Source: Octopus sinensis
Lineage: Eukaryota
NCBI RefSeq assembly: GCF_006345805.1
Contig: NC_043002.1
Location: 43,462,001 to 43,526,000 of the forward strand
Direction: 5' to 3'
Length of the DNA: 64,000 nucleotides
Each line of letters starts with the position of its first letter. Position 1 is the stretch's first letter. Shown here piece by piece: positions 50,616 through 63,445 of this stretch. The notes under the pieces are model-generated. The model searched no databases, was not told where the DNA came from, and saw nothing but the letters and a program-made list of their open reading frames with translations. Both the position numbers and the translations under genes were made by a program.

Positions 50616-51109
50616 AATTCTCGATACCATACGAAAAGCATCGAATTTATTGCAGTTTCAGATTTTGCTAAGTTTGTTTCTAAGTGTCTAATTACAGTCA
50701 ATGTGTTGCCGTGAGTGAATAAATATTTTTTTAATATGCATTCATTCGAAATTAGTAATCTGTCAGTACAATATAAAAACTAAATATTGAACTATTTTAA
50801 TTTCAAGCTGTGTTGGTGGAATATTTATAATTTTGTTAACGGTTTCAAATTAATACAACTATGCAAATTTGCACATCAAGTTGTGAATTAAATTAGCAAG
50901 TTTCAGTACATTCATTAACTGCTCTTCAGTTACGACCTTAAGATAGTTTTTCAAAGTTTCATTTACACAAGTAGCCGGGAAAGGCTCTTTTCCTCATCTA
51001 TAATTAATTAGAAAGGAATTCACTTCTCTATATTTTCCGTTTGGCTGATTGGCCAACTTATTTGGACCATTATCGCTTCAGCTCTTTGATTAAACAAATT
51101 AATACAAGT

Positions 51110-51375
51110 ACGTATGCATGCATGCATGTATGAATGTATGTATGTATGTATGTATGTATGTATGTATGTATGTATGTATGTGTATGTATGTATGTATGTA
51201 TGTATGTATGTGCGTATGTGTGTGCGCGTTTGTGTTTTTCCGTTTGTGTGAGCACTTGCAGGTGTGTATGTATGTACGTATATATATAGAGAGAGAGATG
51301 TATATGTGTACATACATACATACATACATACATACATACATACATACATACATACATTCTTACATACATACATAT
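51110..51375. repeat. (TATG)n/(CATA)n microsatellites
   Basis: Directly visible. Confidence 0.95.
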
Positions 51376-51773
51376 TAGATATTAGGAGAACACTCTGATC
51401 TGGTTATCTGATGAGATGGGCCCATTTTGTACACCTACGATACTGTAAGTCACATGGAGTTAAACTGATATTGAAATTTGAATGTAATTCTTACCAAACG
51501 TGTTGAGTTTATATATATATCTTTAAATATAGACAATTGTGTTGAGCTCATATATATCTCTATATATAGGCAATTCGAAAAATAAAAATAACTAAACAAA
51601 AGTCAAAAGGATGTACACAAGGCGTTCAGTATAAGATGGAAAAAAGAGTGGGTATATAACATTTCGAGCATGGGTCTTCGACACAAAGAGGAGAGGAGAA
51701 AATCCGGAGAAGCAAGAATGTCCAAGAAAAGCACGTGTGGGTACGTGGCTGAAATGACCGGAAGTAATATATA

Positions 51774-53020
51774 CATAGAGGGGTTGGACAAAATAACGGA
51801 AACACCTTAAAATTCCAAACAAATTTATTTTGATATGGGGTAGGTCCGCCTTTGGCAGTAATTACAACTTGAATTCTACGAGGTATGGACTCGTACAAAG
51901 TTTGAATTGTTTCCAAAGGGATTTTGTCCATTCTTCAGTTCTTGTAGTGATCATGGTGGAGGATATCGACTCCTTACTTGTTTTTCTAAAATGCACCATA
52001 AATGTTCAATAATATTGAGATCTGTGGACTGTGGTGGCCAGAAAAGATGTTCAACTGCAGATAAAATGTTCCTCGTGCCATTCAGTAACAACTTTAGCTG
52101 TGTGAATCAGTGCGTAATCATCCTGAAAGATTGCGTTGCCCTGCGGAAACAGTTCCGAAACCATAGGATGAATTTAATCAGATAAAATGATTAAATAGCC
52201 TTGACTATTAATTCTGCCATGAAGGGAAACCATTGGGCCGGCGGATTTCCAAGGTATAGCCCCCAAGATCATCACAGATCCTCCTCCATATTTAACAGTT
52301 GGAAGAAGACAGTCTGGGTCAAATGCTTCTTTTGGCCGTCTCGGCTGGTGGTCGGATATAAGGTAAAGGATAACTCGTCCGAGAAAATAACATTCTTCCA
52401 CTGCTCTAGGGACCAATTCTGTAGGTATTTACTCCACTCTAACGTTTGCAACGTTTGTTTTTGAAAGTAGTGGTTTTCTGCTTGTAATCATCCCGTGAAA
52501 TCCAGCTTTGTTCCGCTCCCGGTGAACAGTTTTTGTGAAAACTGGGTTTTCGGGGTGATCATTACGCTCTGCAGTAATTTTGGGAGCTGTACTTTTGTGA
52601 TCCTTTCTAACAATTTGCGTAAGGGCCCGACGGTCCCTATCTGAAAGTTGTGTTTTCTTCCGGAGTTTTCTTTCGATGAGGAGGTTTTTCCCTCTTTCTC
52701 AAAGTCTGTCATTACTTTCGAAACTGTACTTCTTGATACGCCAAATATTTCAGCTGTTTTCGTTACGTTAGCCTGCCATACAAGCACCAACAATTTGACA
52801 TCTTTGAAAGTTCGATAGACCTGTCATCTTAATGAATTTTAATTACCTTTTTCTGATGATATCTGAAAAGAAACAGCAATTTTAGCAAAACATATTAAAC
52901 CACAAAAGTAATAAATAAAAAAACATGAAAATAAACAAGCTTTTGATTGTTTTATAGATATTTCAAAATTATGAGGCTATGATGCTAGGTGTTTCCATTA
53001 TTTTGTCCAACCCTTGTGTG
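51774..53020 (-). mobile_element. Tc1-like DNA transposon, near full length (~1.25 kb), frameshifted
   Basis: TIRs ggggttggacaaaataacggaaacacct / aggtgtttccattattttgtccaaccc; VTKTAEIFGVSRSTVSKV, NSGRK, PTVKYGGGSVMI, SLHGRINS, YESIPRRIQVVITAKGGPTPY. Confidence 0.93.
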
Positions 53021-53028
53021 TGTGTGTT

Positions 53029-53101
<73 letters not shown>

Positions 53102-53361
53102 GTGCACACGTGTTTGCGTATTTTGAGTCTGTGTGTGTGTGTATATATAGAGAGAGACCTACGCACACGTACACACACATATTTATATATTTATATATAT
53201 ATATATATATATAATCTGAGCTCTCTACGCATTATTATCATGTCCATAATACTATCTGCTAGCACAAACATAGCCAATGTTTCCATTATGAATATTTTTA
53301 AGTAGTCGTCTAATAAATGATTATCCAACTTATTGTTTTCTTTATTTAATTTCGTTCCCAG

Positions 53362-53461
53362 GAAGTACAGAGTACATTATGGAAGGATTTGAAGATACTA
53401 TCACTGACCCGTCAATAGTTGCATTGGCATTTTACAATGGATTGTGGTCTTTCGATGGCTG
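53362..53461 (+). CDS. SLC7A9: SLC7A9-like exon (TM5-TM6 loop and TM6)
   Basis: gttcccag| ... |gtaagt; phase 1-2, 100 nt; STEYIMEGFEDTITDPSIVALAFYNGLWSFDG(W); continues the previous exon without a gap and resembles SLC7A9 LAFYNGLWAYDGW. Confidence 0.95.
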
Positions 53462-55319
53462 GTAAGTGTTCATAATTTTGTTTACATGGATTTCTGACAA
53501 AGAAAGATGGTCGAAAAGTGTAAGGAAAGATCGATGTGAAGGTTTTCTATCAACAACCTTTTCTGAAAGTTGTTAGTCTTGTAGAGGAAATGAAAAGTTT
53601 AAACGGGAAGCTTTACCGGGTAGTAAAAGTGACTTCTTGACTCCTGCATACATTTCACCCTTTGGTATATTGCAATTGATTTATCTTATTATTTTATAAT
53701 CAGTCGGATTCCACCATAATTGACTTTTACTTTGTACATTGTTTCTTACTGTCAATGGTTTGAAACTGTGAATCTAATACCAGCTCAACAATTTTGCAAT
53801 AATCAGACGTGTTCTTTCTTGTAGCATTACTCTTAGGCGTTTAAAATCTTAACAATTTGTTCTTTAATTATGTATAAGAATCAAAATAAAATTACAATTG
53901 TGTCATCCAACTGTTTGAGCTTTATTCAAAATATGTGCGCAGTCTTTTTCTAAGCAGGTTATCTATGATTTAGCTGCTTATCCGATTACTATCTCGGCTC
54001 CACTACAATTATACGAACTCATTTGTCTATGTCTCATATACCATAATCTAAACCTGACTGTTCAATTTACCGTACCTAGAAAGTAATCATCTGATTATTT
54101 CCCATCTCTATAGTAGAGTGACTTTTAATCATGTCACTGAATATCAATAGCTTTTTTGTTCTTTGTTCATGATTCCAGAACTGAATTTTATGCATCGATC
54201 AAAAGGAGCCATTTGAATGCGTAGCTATTAGAAACGCGGTTTCGTAACTTCTTTGAAAGTAGACATGCTAATTAATTCTTTATATACCTATTCCCGTTAA
54301 TAAAGTTCCATTTTAGTGGTCATTGAATTCGCTTATTTTTACAAGTCACTTTAATCTTATAATAACAGCACTTGTTTATTAATCATTCGTTTTCATAACA
54401 GGAACATTTTTAGGTTATATTCAATATAAATTTCTGTCTTTATCTGCACTCGAATCACAAAGGTCTTTCGCAAGAGTGTTCGCGCATTCCTAATGCAATC
54501 AATTATTGTCCATTAATCTTACACTTGGAAGCGGACTGCTACTTAAAATTCGTGCTGTATGTAGATAGATCGCGTATACACAATAATTTCAGTGTTTTCA
54601 GTTACTGAGGATACTTTATAGAGGTAAGCTGCTTGTCAGTAAAGTATGCAGTCGTGTTTTGATATCTGCTTGTAATAGTTATTTCATTATCATCACTACT
54701 GTTATAAAAAGATCATATTTTTTTTTAATTCGCTGATCTATCTATGGTTAATCATCTTTTCATGGATATCACTGACTGCGAAGAAAGACAAAATTTTTAG
54801 TCAATTAAAAGCATACTATACAGTTAAAGGCTAGCTGTAAAAAAATCCATAACACAGTTTAAGAAGAAAAATCTATCTCTTGTCGATGACGAGAACAGGT
54901 AGTTCAAGAAATCTATGCACAGGTCAATTTTGTTTTGGATCTTTAGAAGGAAATATGTTGGAATTGTTCTATACTGATTGAGTAAACCTACGATCAAAAA
55001 ACATTCCCCTCTTAACCACTCTGTCGTTTTGTATATCTAGAAATATGTTACCTAGTGTGTCCTTCCATTTATAAATTGAAATATGTATTGTAGTTTGAGA
55101 ATGAAAACGAGAAACCTAGTGGCTAATATCAGTGCTAAATACAGGGAAGATAATTTTCAAACAAAATATAAATTAAGAAACAATTTTTTCCCGTTTATAT
55201 ATGTCGTGAGGTAGAATCGCAAAAACATCAGACGAAATATCTAATGGTATTAGCAACTACTTTTTATGCCCTAAATTGGAAAAAAATGAACTAACATTCA
55301 TATCAGCTTTGCTCCTCTG

Positions 55320-55830
55320 TTATCTTTTATATTTTATTTGTTTCAGTCATTGGACTGCAACCATTTTGGGGTAGCTTTTTGAAGGAATTTAGTTCGACAA
55401 ATCGCCCTCATTTTTTAAAGTCTGAGAGTTATTTTATCGTTCTCTTTATATATGTATGCCTACAGATACACACACGTGCGCGCGTGTGTGTGTATGTGTG
55501 TCCATATATGTGTGCGTGTGTCTATATGTGTGTGCTTGTGTCTATATATGTGTGCTTGTGTCTATATATGTGTGTATGTCTATATACGTGTCTGAGTGTG
55601 TGTGTTTGTGTGTGTGTGTGTGTAATTTTGGGGGTAAACGTTGGTGTAAATGTTTATGTATGTTGTGTCTCTCTATGATTCACAACATTAGCTGTTCGGC
55701 AAATAGATAACGATAAAATTAGTACCAAACTGAAGTGAATTAAATACTGAGTTTAAATGCTCGACTAAAACCCCTGATGATAGTACACTAGCTTGGCTGC
55801 AATTCAATGATGACAACTATTGAAAAAGAA
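55320..55830. mobile_element. two decayed family B SINE tails in inverted orientation around a TG-rich minisatellite
   Basis: Tail (-) 55320-55445; tail (+) 55640-55830. Confidence 0.55.
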
Positions 55831-56719
55831 AAACAGAATTAAAGAATTACAATGTCATTAAAAAAAGAAAAACTAGCTACAGCTACTTGCTGGAAGTCCT
55901 GATATTTTATTGATGTGGATTAAATGTTGCGACAACTTTCGCACCAAACAAGATTAATAAATGAATGAAAAAACGCAAGCTTATAAGAACGAATTTCAAA
56001 TTATAATTGCTGTATTTTCTCACCAACATTTGCTATTTCAGTGATTTATGTGTTATTAAGTAGAGAGAGAAAGAGAGATAGCGGGTAACTTTCAAACTCA
56101 CGTTGTAATCTATAAAAGTGAAAATCCTAACAAGCTTTAACTTATATTCTATACAAAATACTACTTTTCTTCAGTGTTAAGCAGAATTGACATTATCGAA
56201 AATTCACCCGCAGATATGCCACCTGCTTCGCGAGTCAACCATTAACCATTTATGCTGTCAGCCGACTGCTAGAAATTACAGCCATGTTACCACGTTATAA
56301 TACCCAACTGGTTTTAACAAGAAAGAGACATATTGAACAGAGTAACCATAGAAATCTCTAAAATACGTATACTCACGGCTAGAATACCATTGGTATATTC
56401 ACAGCTCGCTCGACTAGGACCGTTCTGAGATTAAGCACCACAGCAACCATTTGCACGTTACACCTTGATTTTAACTAAAATGCAAAGTCGTACCTTAGAA
56501 AAGAATAAGATAATCGTGGATAGAACCTAAATGATCAGGAGCTGGTTAGCTAGTTAGCCGAGGTCTTCAACCTGGAAGTAACCAACAACAGCTATCTATA
56601 TCCACATCGTTTTCTTTACCCATTTATTTGTAGCAATTGTACTTTGCCTGTCCTGTGTATCACGTTCGATAAAACGATAGGATAAACGTCCTTCCCGAGT
56701 CATATAAACTCATAGGGAC

Positions 56720-56935
56720 GGTTTCCCGGTTTCCGTGGCGTATAAATTCCCCCATCTGGACGAGACGCTGGTCTGTCGCAGGTACAACTCATTTTTGCCA
56801 GCTGAGTGGATTGGAGCAACGTGAAACGAAGAGTGTTTTGCTCAAGAACTCAATGCGTCGCCCGATCCAGGAAGTGAATCCACAATCTTACGACGACGAG
56901 TTCAACAACCTAACCACTACGCCACACGCCTTCAT
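56720..56935 (-). mobile_element. SINE family D
   Basis: Reverse complement of 36369-36595. Confidence 0.78.
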
Positions 56936-57016
56936 ATCATATTTGATATACGGGACGTATTTACCTGGCGCCCATGCATCATGTGCGAAACACGCACTCA
57001 ATGTTTTTCAACTACC

Positions 57017-57174
57017 GCAGGAGTGGCTCTGTGGTAAGTAGGTTGCTTACCAACCACATGATTCTTGGTTCAGTCCCAATGCGTGGCACCTTGGGCAAGT
57101 GTCTCCTACTATAACCTCGGGCTGACCGAAGCTTTGTGAGTTGATTTGGTAGACGGAAACTGAAAGAAGCCCGT

Positions 57175-57218
<44 letters not shown>

Positions 57219-57458
57219 TGTGTGTGTATGTGTGTGTGTGTGTTTAGGTTTGTGCGTCTGTGTTTGTCCCCCCAACATCGCTTGAAAACCGATGCTGGTG
57301 TGTTTACGTCCGTAACTTAGTGGTTCGGCAAAAGAGATCGATAGAATAAGTACTAGGCTTACAAAGAATAAGTCCTGGGGTCGATTTGCTCGACTAAAGG
57401 CGGTCCTCCAGCATGACCACAGTCAAATGACTGAAACAAGTAAAAGAGTAAAAGAGTA
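57017..57458 (+). mobile_element. full-length SINE family B (tRNA head, CORE-like ggcaccttgggcaagtgtc, internal (TA)n(TG)n)
   Basis: Head gcaggagtggctctgtggtaag..ggttcagtccc; tail aatgactgaaacaagtaaaagagtaaaagag. Confidence 0.9.
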
Positions 57459-57603
57459 CCTGAGTAACTTGGAATTTATGAAAGGAAAACGTTATATTAA
57501 TCATAAACTGGACACAAGGGTTAACTAAAAGTCTAAAAACAAGCATTCTAGATAAGCTTAAGGAAAAGCTTTGAACAAGGCAAAGGATTAAAAATTGTAA
57601 TTT

Positions 57604-57792
57604 TTTTTACTTGTTTCACTCATTTGACTGCGGCCATGCTGGAGCACCGCATCGAAGTGTTTTTGTCGAGCAATTCGACTCCAGTACTTATCTTTAAGCT
57701 TAGTACTTCTTCTGTTGGTCTCTTTGCCAAACCGCTAAGTAACGGGGACGTAAACACACCAACACCTATTAAGCGATGATGCAGGGACAAAT
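57604..57792 (-). mobile_element. SINE family B, 3' half
   Basis: Reverse complement of 57255-57450. Confidence 0.82.
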
Positions 57793-57796
57793 AATA

Positions 57797-58287
57797 TATA
57801 ATGGAAGTCTGTCGGGGTTCGACAGTGACGTCAGTGACGCCGGAGGTGGGAGCGGAACCCAAAGGCGGACGCGCAGACGCGGCCACATGTTGGGCACGTA
57901 ACAGCAGAAGTAGGGTTGGGGGTTCTCTCTTTTCGGGCTTGTCACTTCTGGTCCGGGCTCTTGAGGTGCTTTTCCTCGAACAGCCTAATACCCTTTTGGA
58001 CAGCTGGACACCAGACGTCGCAGTCTGAGGCAAGCGATTCCCAGGGCTCAAGAGAAGTTTTCAGGCTGTCCTTGTCTCGCCTCAGTGGCCTTCCAGGGTT
58101 TCTTGCTCCAAAAGCCAGCTCAGACAAGTAGATCATCTTTGGTCGACGCGCGTCGTCCATTCGGACTATATGTCCGACCCACCGGAGCTGGGCCTCCATG
58201 ATGAGGGCTTTGATCCCGGGCATTTCGGCTCTGCGAAGCACTTCAATGTTAGAGACTCTGTCCACCAAGGAAATACCCATGATTCGT
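57797..58287 (-). mobile_element. BovB-like RTE LINE 3' end
   Basis: IMGISLVDRVSNIEVLRRAEMPGIKALIMEAQLRWVGHIVRMDDARRPKMIYLSEL..GRPLRRDKDSLK..; terminal CPTCGRVCASAFGFRSHLRRH finger. Confidence 0.9.
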
Positions 58288-58413
58288 GTGTGTGTGTAGG
58301 GACATGTCTGTGTGTAGGGACAAATACAGACGCAAAAAAGCACACACACACACACATTTAACATGACGATATGGAGTCATACATTAGTGTTAAAACAGTT
58401 GGTGACGCTCTTA

Positions 58414-58762
58414 TAGGCGCAGGCGTGGCTGTGTGATTAAGAAGCTCGCTTTGTAACTGTTTCGGGTTCAGCTCTACTGTGTGGCACCCTGGGAAGTGTC
58501 CGCTACAGGAGCTCAAGGTCCTCAAATACCCCGTGAATAAATTTGTTGGACAGAAACAGAGGGTATTTGTGTTTTCCCCCCATCACTGCGCGGCTTAACA
58601 ACCGGCTTTGGTTTGTTTAGACTCCGCATAACATAGCGCTTCGGCAAAAGGAACTCAACAGAATACGTACCAGAATTTAGAATAAGTACTGCAGTCGATT
58701 TGCTTGACTAAACTAGGTGGTGTTTCAGCATAGGCGCAGTCTGAAACAAGCAAAAGATAAAA
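58414..58762 (+). mobile_element. SINE family B, decayed
   Basis: Collinear with 57017-57458 by eye. Confidence 0.7.
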
Positions 58763-58797
58763 GGTATATGTATGTATTTATATATATATAAATATAC

Positions 58798-58860
<63 letters not shown>

Positions 58861-58903
58861 CACGCACACACACACAAATGTATATACTCATAAATATATC
58901 GTG

Positions 58904-59280
58904 GTACTCAGTCGGTTACGGCGACAAGGATTCCAGTTGATCCGATCAACAGAACAGCCTGCTTGTGAAATTAACATGCAAGTGGCTGAGCACTCCACAG
59001 ATACGGGTACCCTTAATGTAGTTCTCGCGGAGATTCAGCATGAAACAGAGTGCGACAAGGCTGGGTCTTTGAAATACTGGTACAACAGAAACATGAAGAA
59101 AGAGTGAGAGAAAGTTGTGGTGAAAGATTACAGCAGGATTCGCCACCAAACCCTGCCGAGCGACGTGGAGCTTTAGGTGTTTCGCTCATCATACACTCAC
59201 AACGCCAGGTCTGAGGATCGAAACCGCGATCCTTTGACCTAGAGTCCACTGCCCTGACCAATGAACCATTGCGCCTCCAT
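58904..59280 (-). mobile_element. SINE family C
   Basis: Collinear with 29606-29995. Confidence 0.88.
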
Positions 59281-59289
59281 ACACACACA

Positions 59290-59301
59290 TATATATGTGT
59301 G

Positions 59302-59337
<36 letters not shown>

Positions 59338-59378
59338 TGTATGTATGTATAATTATGTTATTATTATTTACAGATCTA

Positions 59379-59447
<69 letters not shown>

Positions 59448-59481
59448 GTCTACCTACCTATCTATCTACCTATCTATCTAT

Positions 59482-59534
<53 letters not shown>

Positions 59535-59633
59535 TAATCCAAACAAGAAAACAAAAAGACAACAACGCGAGGATGTGGAACAAATAAAGTATTATTGGGC
59601 GCTCAGGAAGAAAGGAAGAAGGATATAAATATA

Positions 59634-59664
<31 letters not shown>

Positions 59665-59674
59665 GATATATATA

Positions 59675-59744
<70 letters not shown>

Positions 59745-59775
59745 TATATATATATGCGTGTGTGTGTGTGTGTCT
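59290..59775. repeat. (TATG)n, (TCTA)n and long (TA)n microsatellites
   Basis: Directly visible. Confidence 0.9.
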
Positions 59776-60269
59776 TTTTTTTTCTAACAGGCTAAGCAGC
59801 TATGAAGAAACTCCTTCTCTGGCCAGCTGCATTCAAGATTATGAGCAGATATACTGGCTGAGCAAAACATTATAAAGTGGTTTGACCCGTTAAAGAGGTT
59901 TTTCAAGTCTGAAGTATCTTAGTAGTGGATTACGATGAACTTGATGACTGGAAAGATATAAAAAAATTATTGACGTATCAGGTTCAACGTCTGCTTTGAA
60001 AACTTCTTCTCTTCTTCTCCTTTCTTTCTGTTTTTAGTTTGAGCAAACGTTTCTGTGCGTGTTTTAGAGGAATTAGTTAGTGTCATGCTATCATTATTCA
60101 GATTCAACCATGTGCCAGCTCGTTTGTTTCGAAAACCAATGAAATTTTAATAATATGCACCAAAGTGGCGTCAACAAACATGCATCCACTTTATCTCTCT
60201 ATCAAACAGAAAAAAAAAAGATATTCACTAGAATACACATAGGGACAATTAATCATACATTATTGTTTT

Positions 60270-61405
60270 CGTATACATCTATGTACCTGTAATATTCTTA
60301 ATCAGATATTGGAGAAATAGTATTGTTGTTGATGGAGATGTTGTTATTCTGGTTTACAGTCTCCCCTTTTTTCCCAACCTTATAGCAACATTTATCTTGA
60401 CCAAACTCAAACCCTATTTTCTTTGAAAATGTTGTAATCAGGTCAAGGCGCTTTTTGATCTCATTCATATTCTTGGAATACAGTTTCATGTCATCCGCAA
60501 AGAAACAGTATGTTATTTAATATCACTGTTTCCTTGACACTTCCTTAACATGAATAACAATTGGTTTACAGAAAGTGTAAGCAACATCATAGAGAGGTTG
60601 TCTCCTTGGAATATACCTCTGCGATTCTGTATTTTATCAGTGACTTGCTTAAAAGCTGCACTCCGTGCGGGCTTTTCAGCTAGCTCCCACGGTGGACTAA
60701 TTAGGCCTGCGGTTCAAAACTAAAGAGAGCTAGATAGCATGGCTATAATATGTCTATAATGACAATATGTTCCGGTGGTGTTTGATCAGAGGTTAAGGAC
60801 GGATGAGAATTCTGCAATGCAGTCAGTCTATTGTTCCGGTTCCAACTTGAATTCCAACTGTTGGCCAATTTGTCCCAAAGGTCTTTATCTCAACGTAAAA
60901 TTAGCGAAGCGAATGTCAATTATCTTTCCCTTGATCTTTAACGTCATGTGACAAACGCCAAGCAAGATGGCGTGAATCAGCCAAGCTTTACCTGCTAGAA
61001 ATAGCAACCCAAATGCTTTTAAACCAGATCCCAATTTTGAATATTCAACAACCAAAAGAAGGACAGACTTTCAATCCTGGGATCATTCTGATTCCAAAAA
61101 GGTGTGATATGCCTACGTAGAGAAAATGTAGACTGTGATACAGAGGTCACAAGCATACAAACAGAATTTCGCTTTTATAATTATAGTTAATACTCTCACT
61201 CCCTGTATTTAATAAAATCAGGTCAGCTATAGTGTTGACTATTCTCACTGGAACTTTACAAGTCGAAGGGCTTCTAACATCCATGAGTGTGGAACAGTGC
61301 CAAAGGCATGTATTGTAGCCCAGCCACAATGAAACTAGGTTCTCCCGCACCTCTGACATTACAGTTTTGTTTATCAACAATTGCTCGGCATATCCCCAGA
61401 TGTAA
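60270..61405 (-). mobile_element. R4/Dong-like RT fragment split by a ~500-bp insertion (60650-61170)
   Basis: AEQLLINKTVMSEVR..LVSLWL (61405-61170), then NRRGIFQGDNLSM..FFADDMKLYSKNMNEIKKRLDLITTFSKKIGFEFGQDKC (60650-60290). Confidence 0.8.
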
Positions 61406-61438
61406 TTATGCATTTATTTGTGTGTGTATGTATGTATG

Positions 61439-61472
<34 letters not shown>

Positions 61473-61999
61473 ATGAATCCGGTGTTAAATACGTTGACAC
61501 CTTAACTACTGTTTGTCACGCAGATAGTGTCTGTGTGTAACTTAATAGCGAAACAATCAAAAGTCAATTTGGCATCCAAAGCATGTTTTAATCTATTTCA
61601 CACGTCCTTTCTATCAGCGTCCTTTCGTTATCTTAACGTACGAGACAATATATAACGTCAGTCATAGCTTTTCTTTTGTAATGTGAGAGCGAAGATATAC
61701 GTGATAAATAACCACAGGACATAAATATATACTTGGGTGTTTTTTGCTTTGTTTTTCTTACATCGAATCTTACCTGCAAAACATTCGTCTTTCTTAAGTT
61801 AAGGTTAATAAAACCAATATCAATTATACTCTAGATTTCATTCGGTGTTCTTTGACATTCACCTAAATTTGAATGATCTTCCTGACGCCTAGTTGAACAA
61901 ATATAAAAATCTTTCTTTCGAAAATTTAGCAATCTGGAAGACAACTTGGTCGACGCACACATACATAATATGTTACTGGAAATTTGTTTATGTAACTTT

Positions 62000-62177
62000 T
62001 ATCTCTTTTATCTTTTACTTATTTCAGTCACTGGACTGCAGTGATACCCTTGAAGGGTTAAGTTGAACATATCGGTCTGAATATATTTTTAAAGTCTGGT
62101 TCTTCTTTCGGTCACTTAGGGCGAACCGCTAACTACGATGACGGTAGAGAGACAAACACAAAGGCGCGTGCGTGCAT

Positions 62178-62237
<60 letters not shown>

Positions 62238-62385
62238 GATGGGCTTCAACACAGTTTCCGTCTAAAAAGTTCTCTCACGAGGTCAGCTCGGGAACTGCCG
62301 TTTAAGACACTTGGCTAAGGTACCGTACTATAGCACTGAAACCGAAATAAACGTGGTTGCAAAGTGAACTTCTGAACTACAAGAG
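62000..62385 (-). mobile_element. SINE family B, decayed, with internal microsatellite
   Basis: Tail ttttacttatttcagtca; head remnant near 62330-62385. Confidence 0.72.
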
Positions 62386-62670
62386 CGATTGTTGCAAAAA
62401 AAAAAAAACATAAAAAAAAGCTGTTTTAAAAGATAATATATACCATGTGGATATTTTAACTCCAAATGATAAATTTGTAAGATGTATACATAATACCAAA
62501 CTTTTCAATGACATTTCAATTTCCTGAAATAGGAATAAGAAAATTATTAGTTTATTCCATATTTCCATTAAGAGTATATGACACAAAGTGTTGCTTACAA
62601 ATATTAAATAAATCAATGCATGAAGAAGGTGTATTGTCAATTAACTATGTTTCTTTTTTATAATTTACAG

Positions 62671-62715
62671 GAATAACTTGAACTTTGTTACAGAAGAATT
62701 GAAGAATCCTTATAG
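62671..62715 (+). CDS. SLC7A9: SLC7A9-like 45-nt exon (post-TM6)
   Basis: aatttacag| ... |gtttgt; phase 2-2; (W)NNLNFVTEELKNPY(R), cf. SLC7A9 WNQLNYITEELRNPYR. Confidence 0.92.
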
Positions 62716-63289
62716 GTTTGTATACAATTAATTTCATGTGTGTGCGTTTGTATAGTAAAATCATAAAAAGGAGTAGAGTGAATTTTTCGTGGAGAGTGGA
62801 AAATCGAACGTTTCGGACAGAGTCCTTCTTCGTATATACATATGTACTTTTTAATAAGGATAACTCAATGTGTGTTGTACTGAACATTCAGTTCCGTTAC
62901 TATCTTAGATTTTCGGATTGATACACAAGTATATGCTTGAATTTCATATCATCAAGAGCATTTCTTCCCACAAAAATTGTCTAGAAAGTTTTGGGAGCTT
63001 TAAATCCCGGTGTTTATAAGCATGCAGTGCCAGAAAAGTTCAGTTAGATCAACATTATACACTTGTTCTGATGGGCAGCCTTCTTCAGAAATCATTTTCT
63101 ATTTGCATTGGCAATCTCACCAGTCATTTTAATGCTGCGTGAATTGGTGTAACTTTTAAATATTTCAAAATAAATTTTACTAAACAGAAAGTTTATGTCC
63201 GAAGCTGCACCCGCCTTCATTCGCAATTTATCAAAATAAGCTAGCTTTTGCTTCATTGCCCGTTGTGATTATCGGTATGTGTCCAGCCA

Positions 63290-63445
63290 GGTACGTCGTC
63301 TCTAGGGTAGGGTGTTGGCTGATGATCACAGGGCGGTGGGTTTGATTAGTGGACTGGGCGGCGCTTTGTGTCTTTAAGCAATACACATCATTTCACGCTA
63401 CTTTAGTCTACTCAGCTGAAAATGAGAACCAACCTAATGCTGGCT
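63290..63445 (+). mobile_element. decayed SINE family D
   Basis: gggtagggtgttggc..tgtgtctttaagcaatacacatcatttcacgct..actcagctgaaaatgag. Confidence 0.55.

Noticed and set aside
60651-60684. GC hairpin followed by CTAG, resembling a Helitron 3' end
   Set aside because: CTAG is followed by C rather than T, and there is no upstream Helitron body or 5' TC terminus; the left flank is R4 RT sequence.
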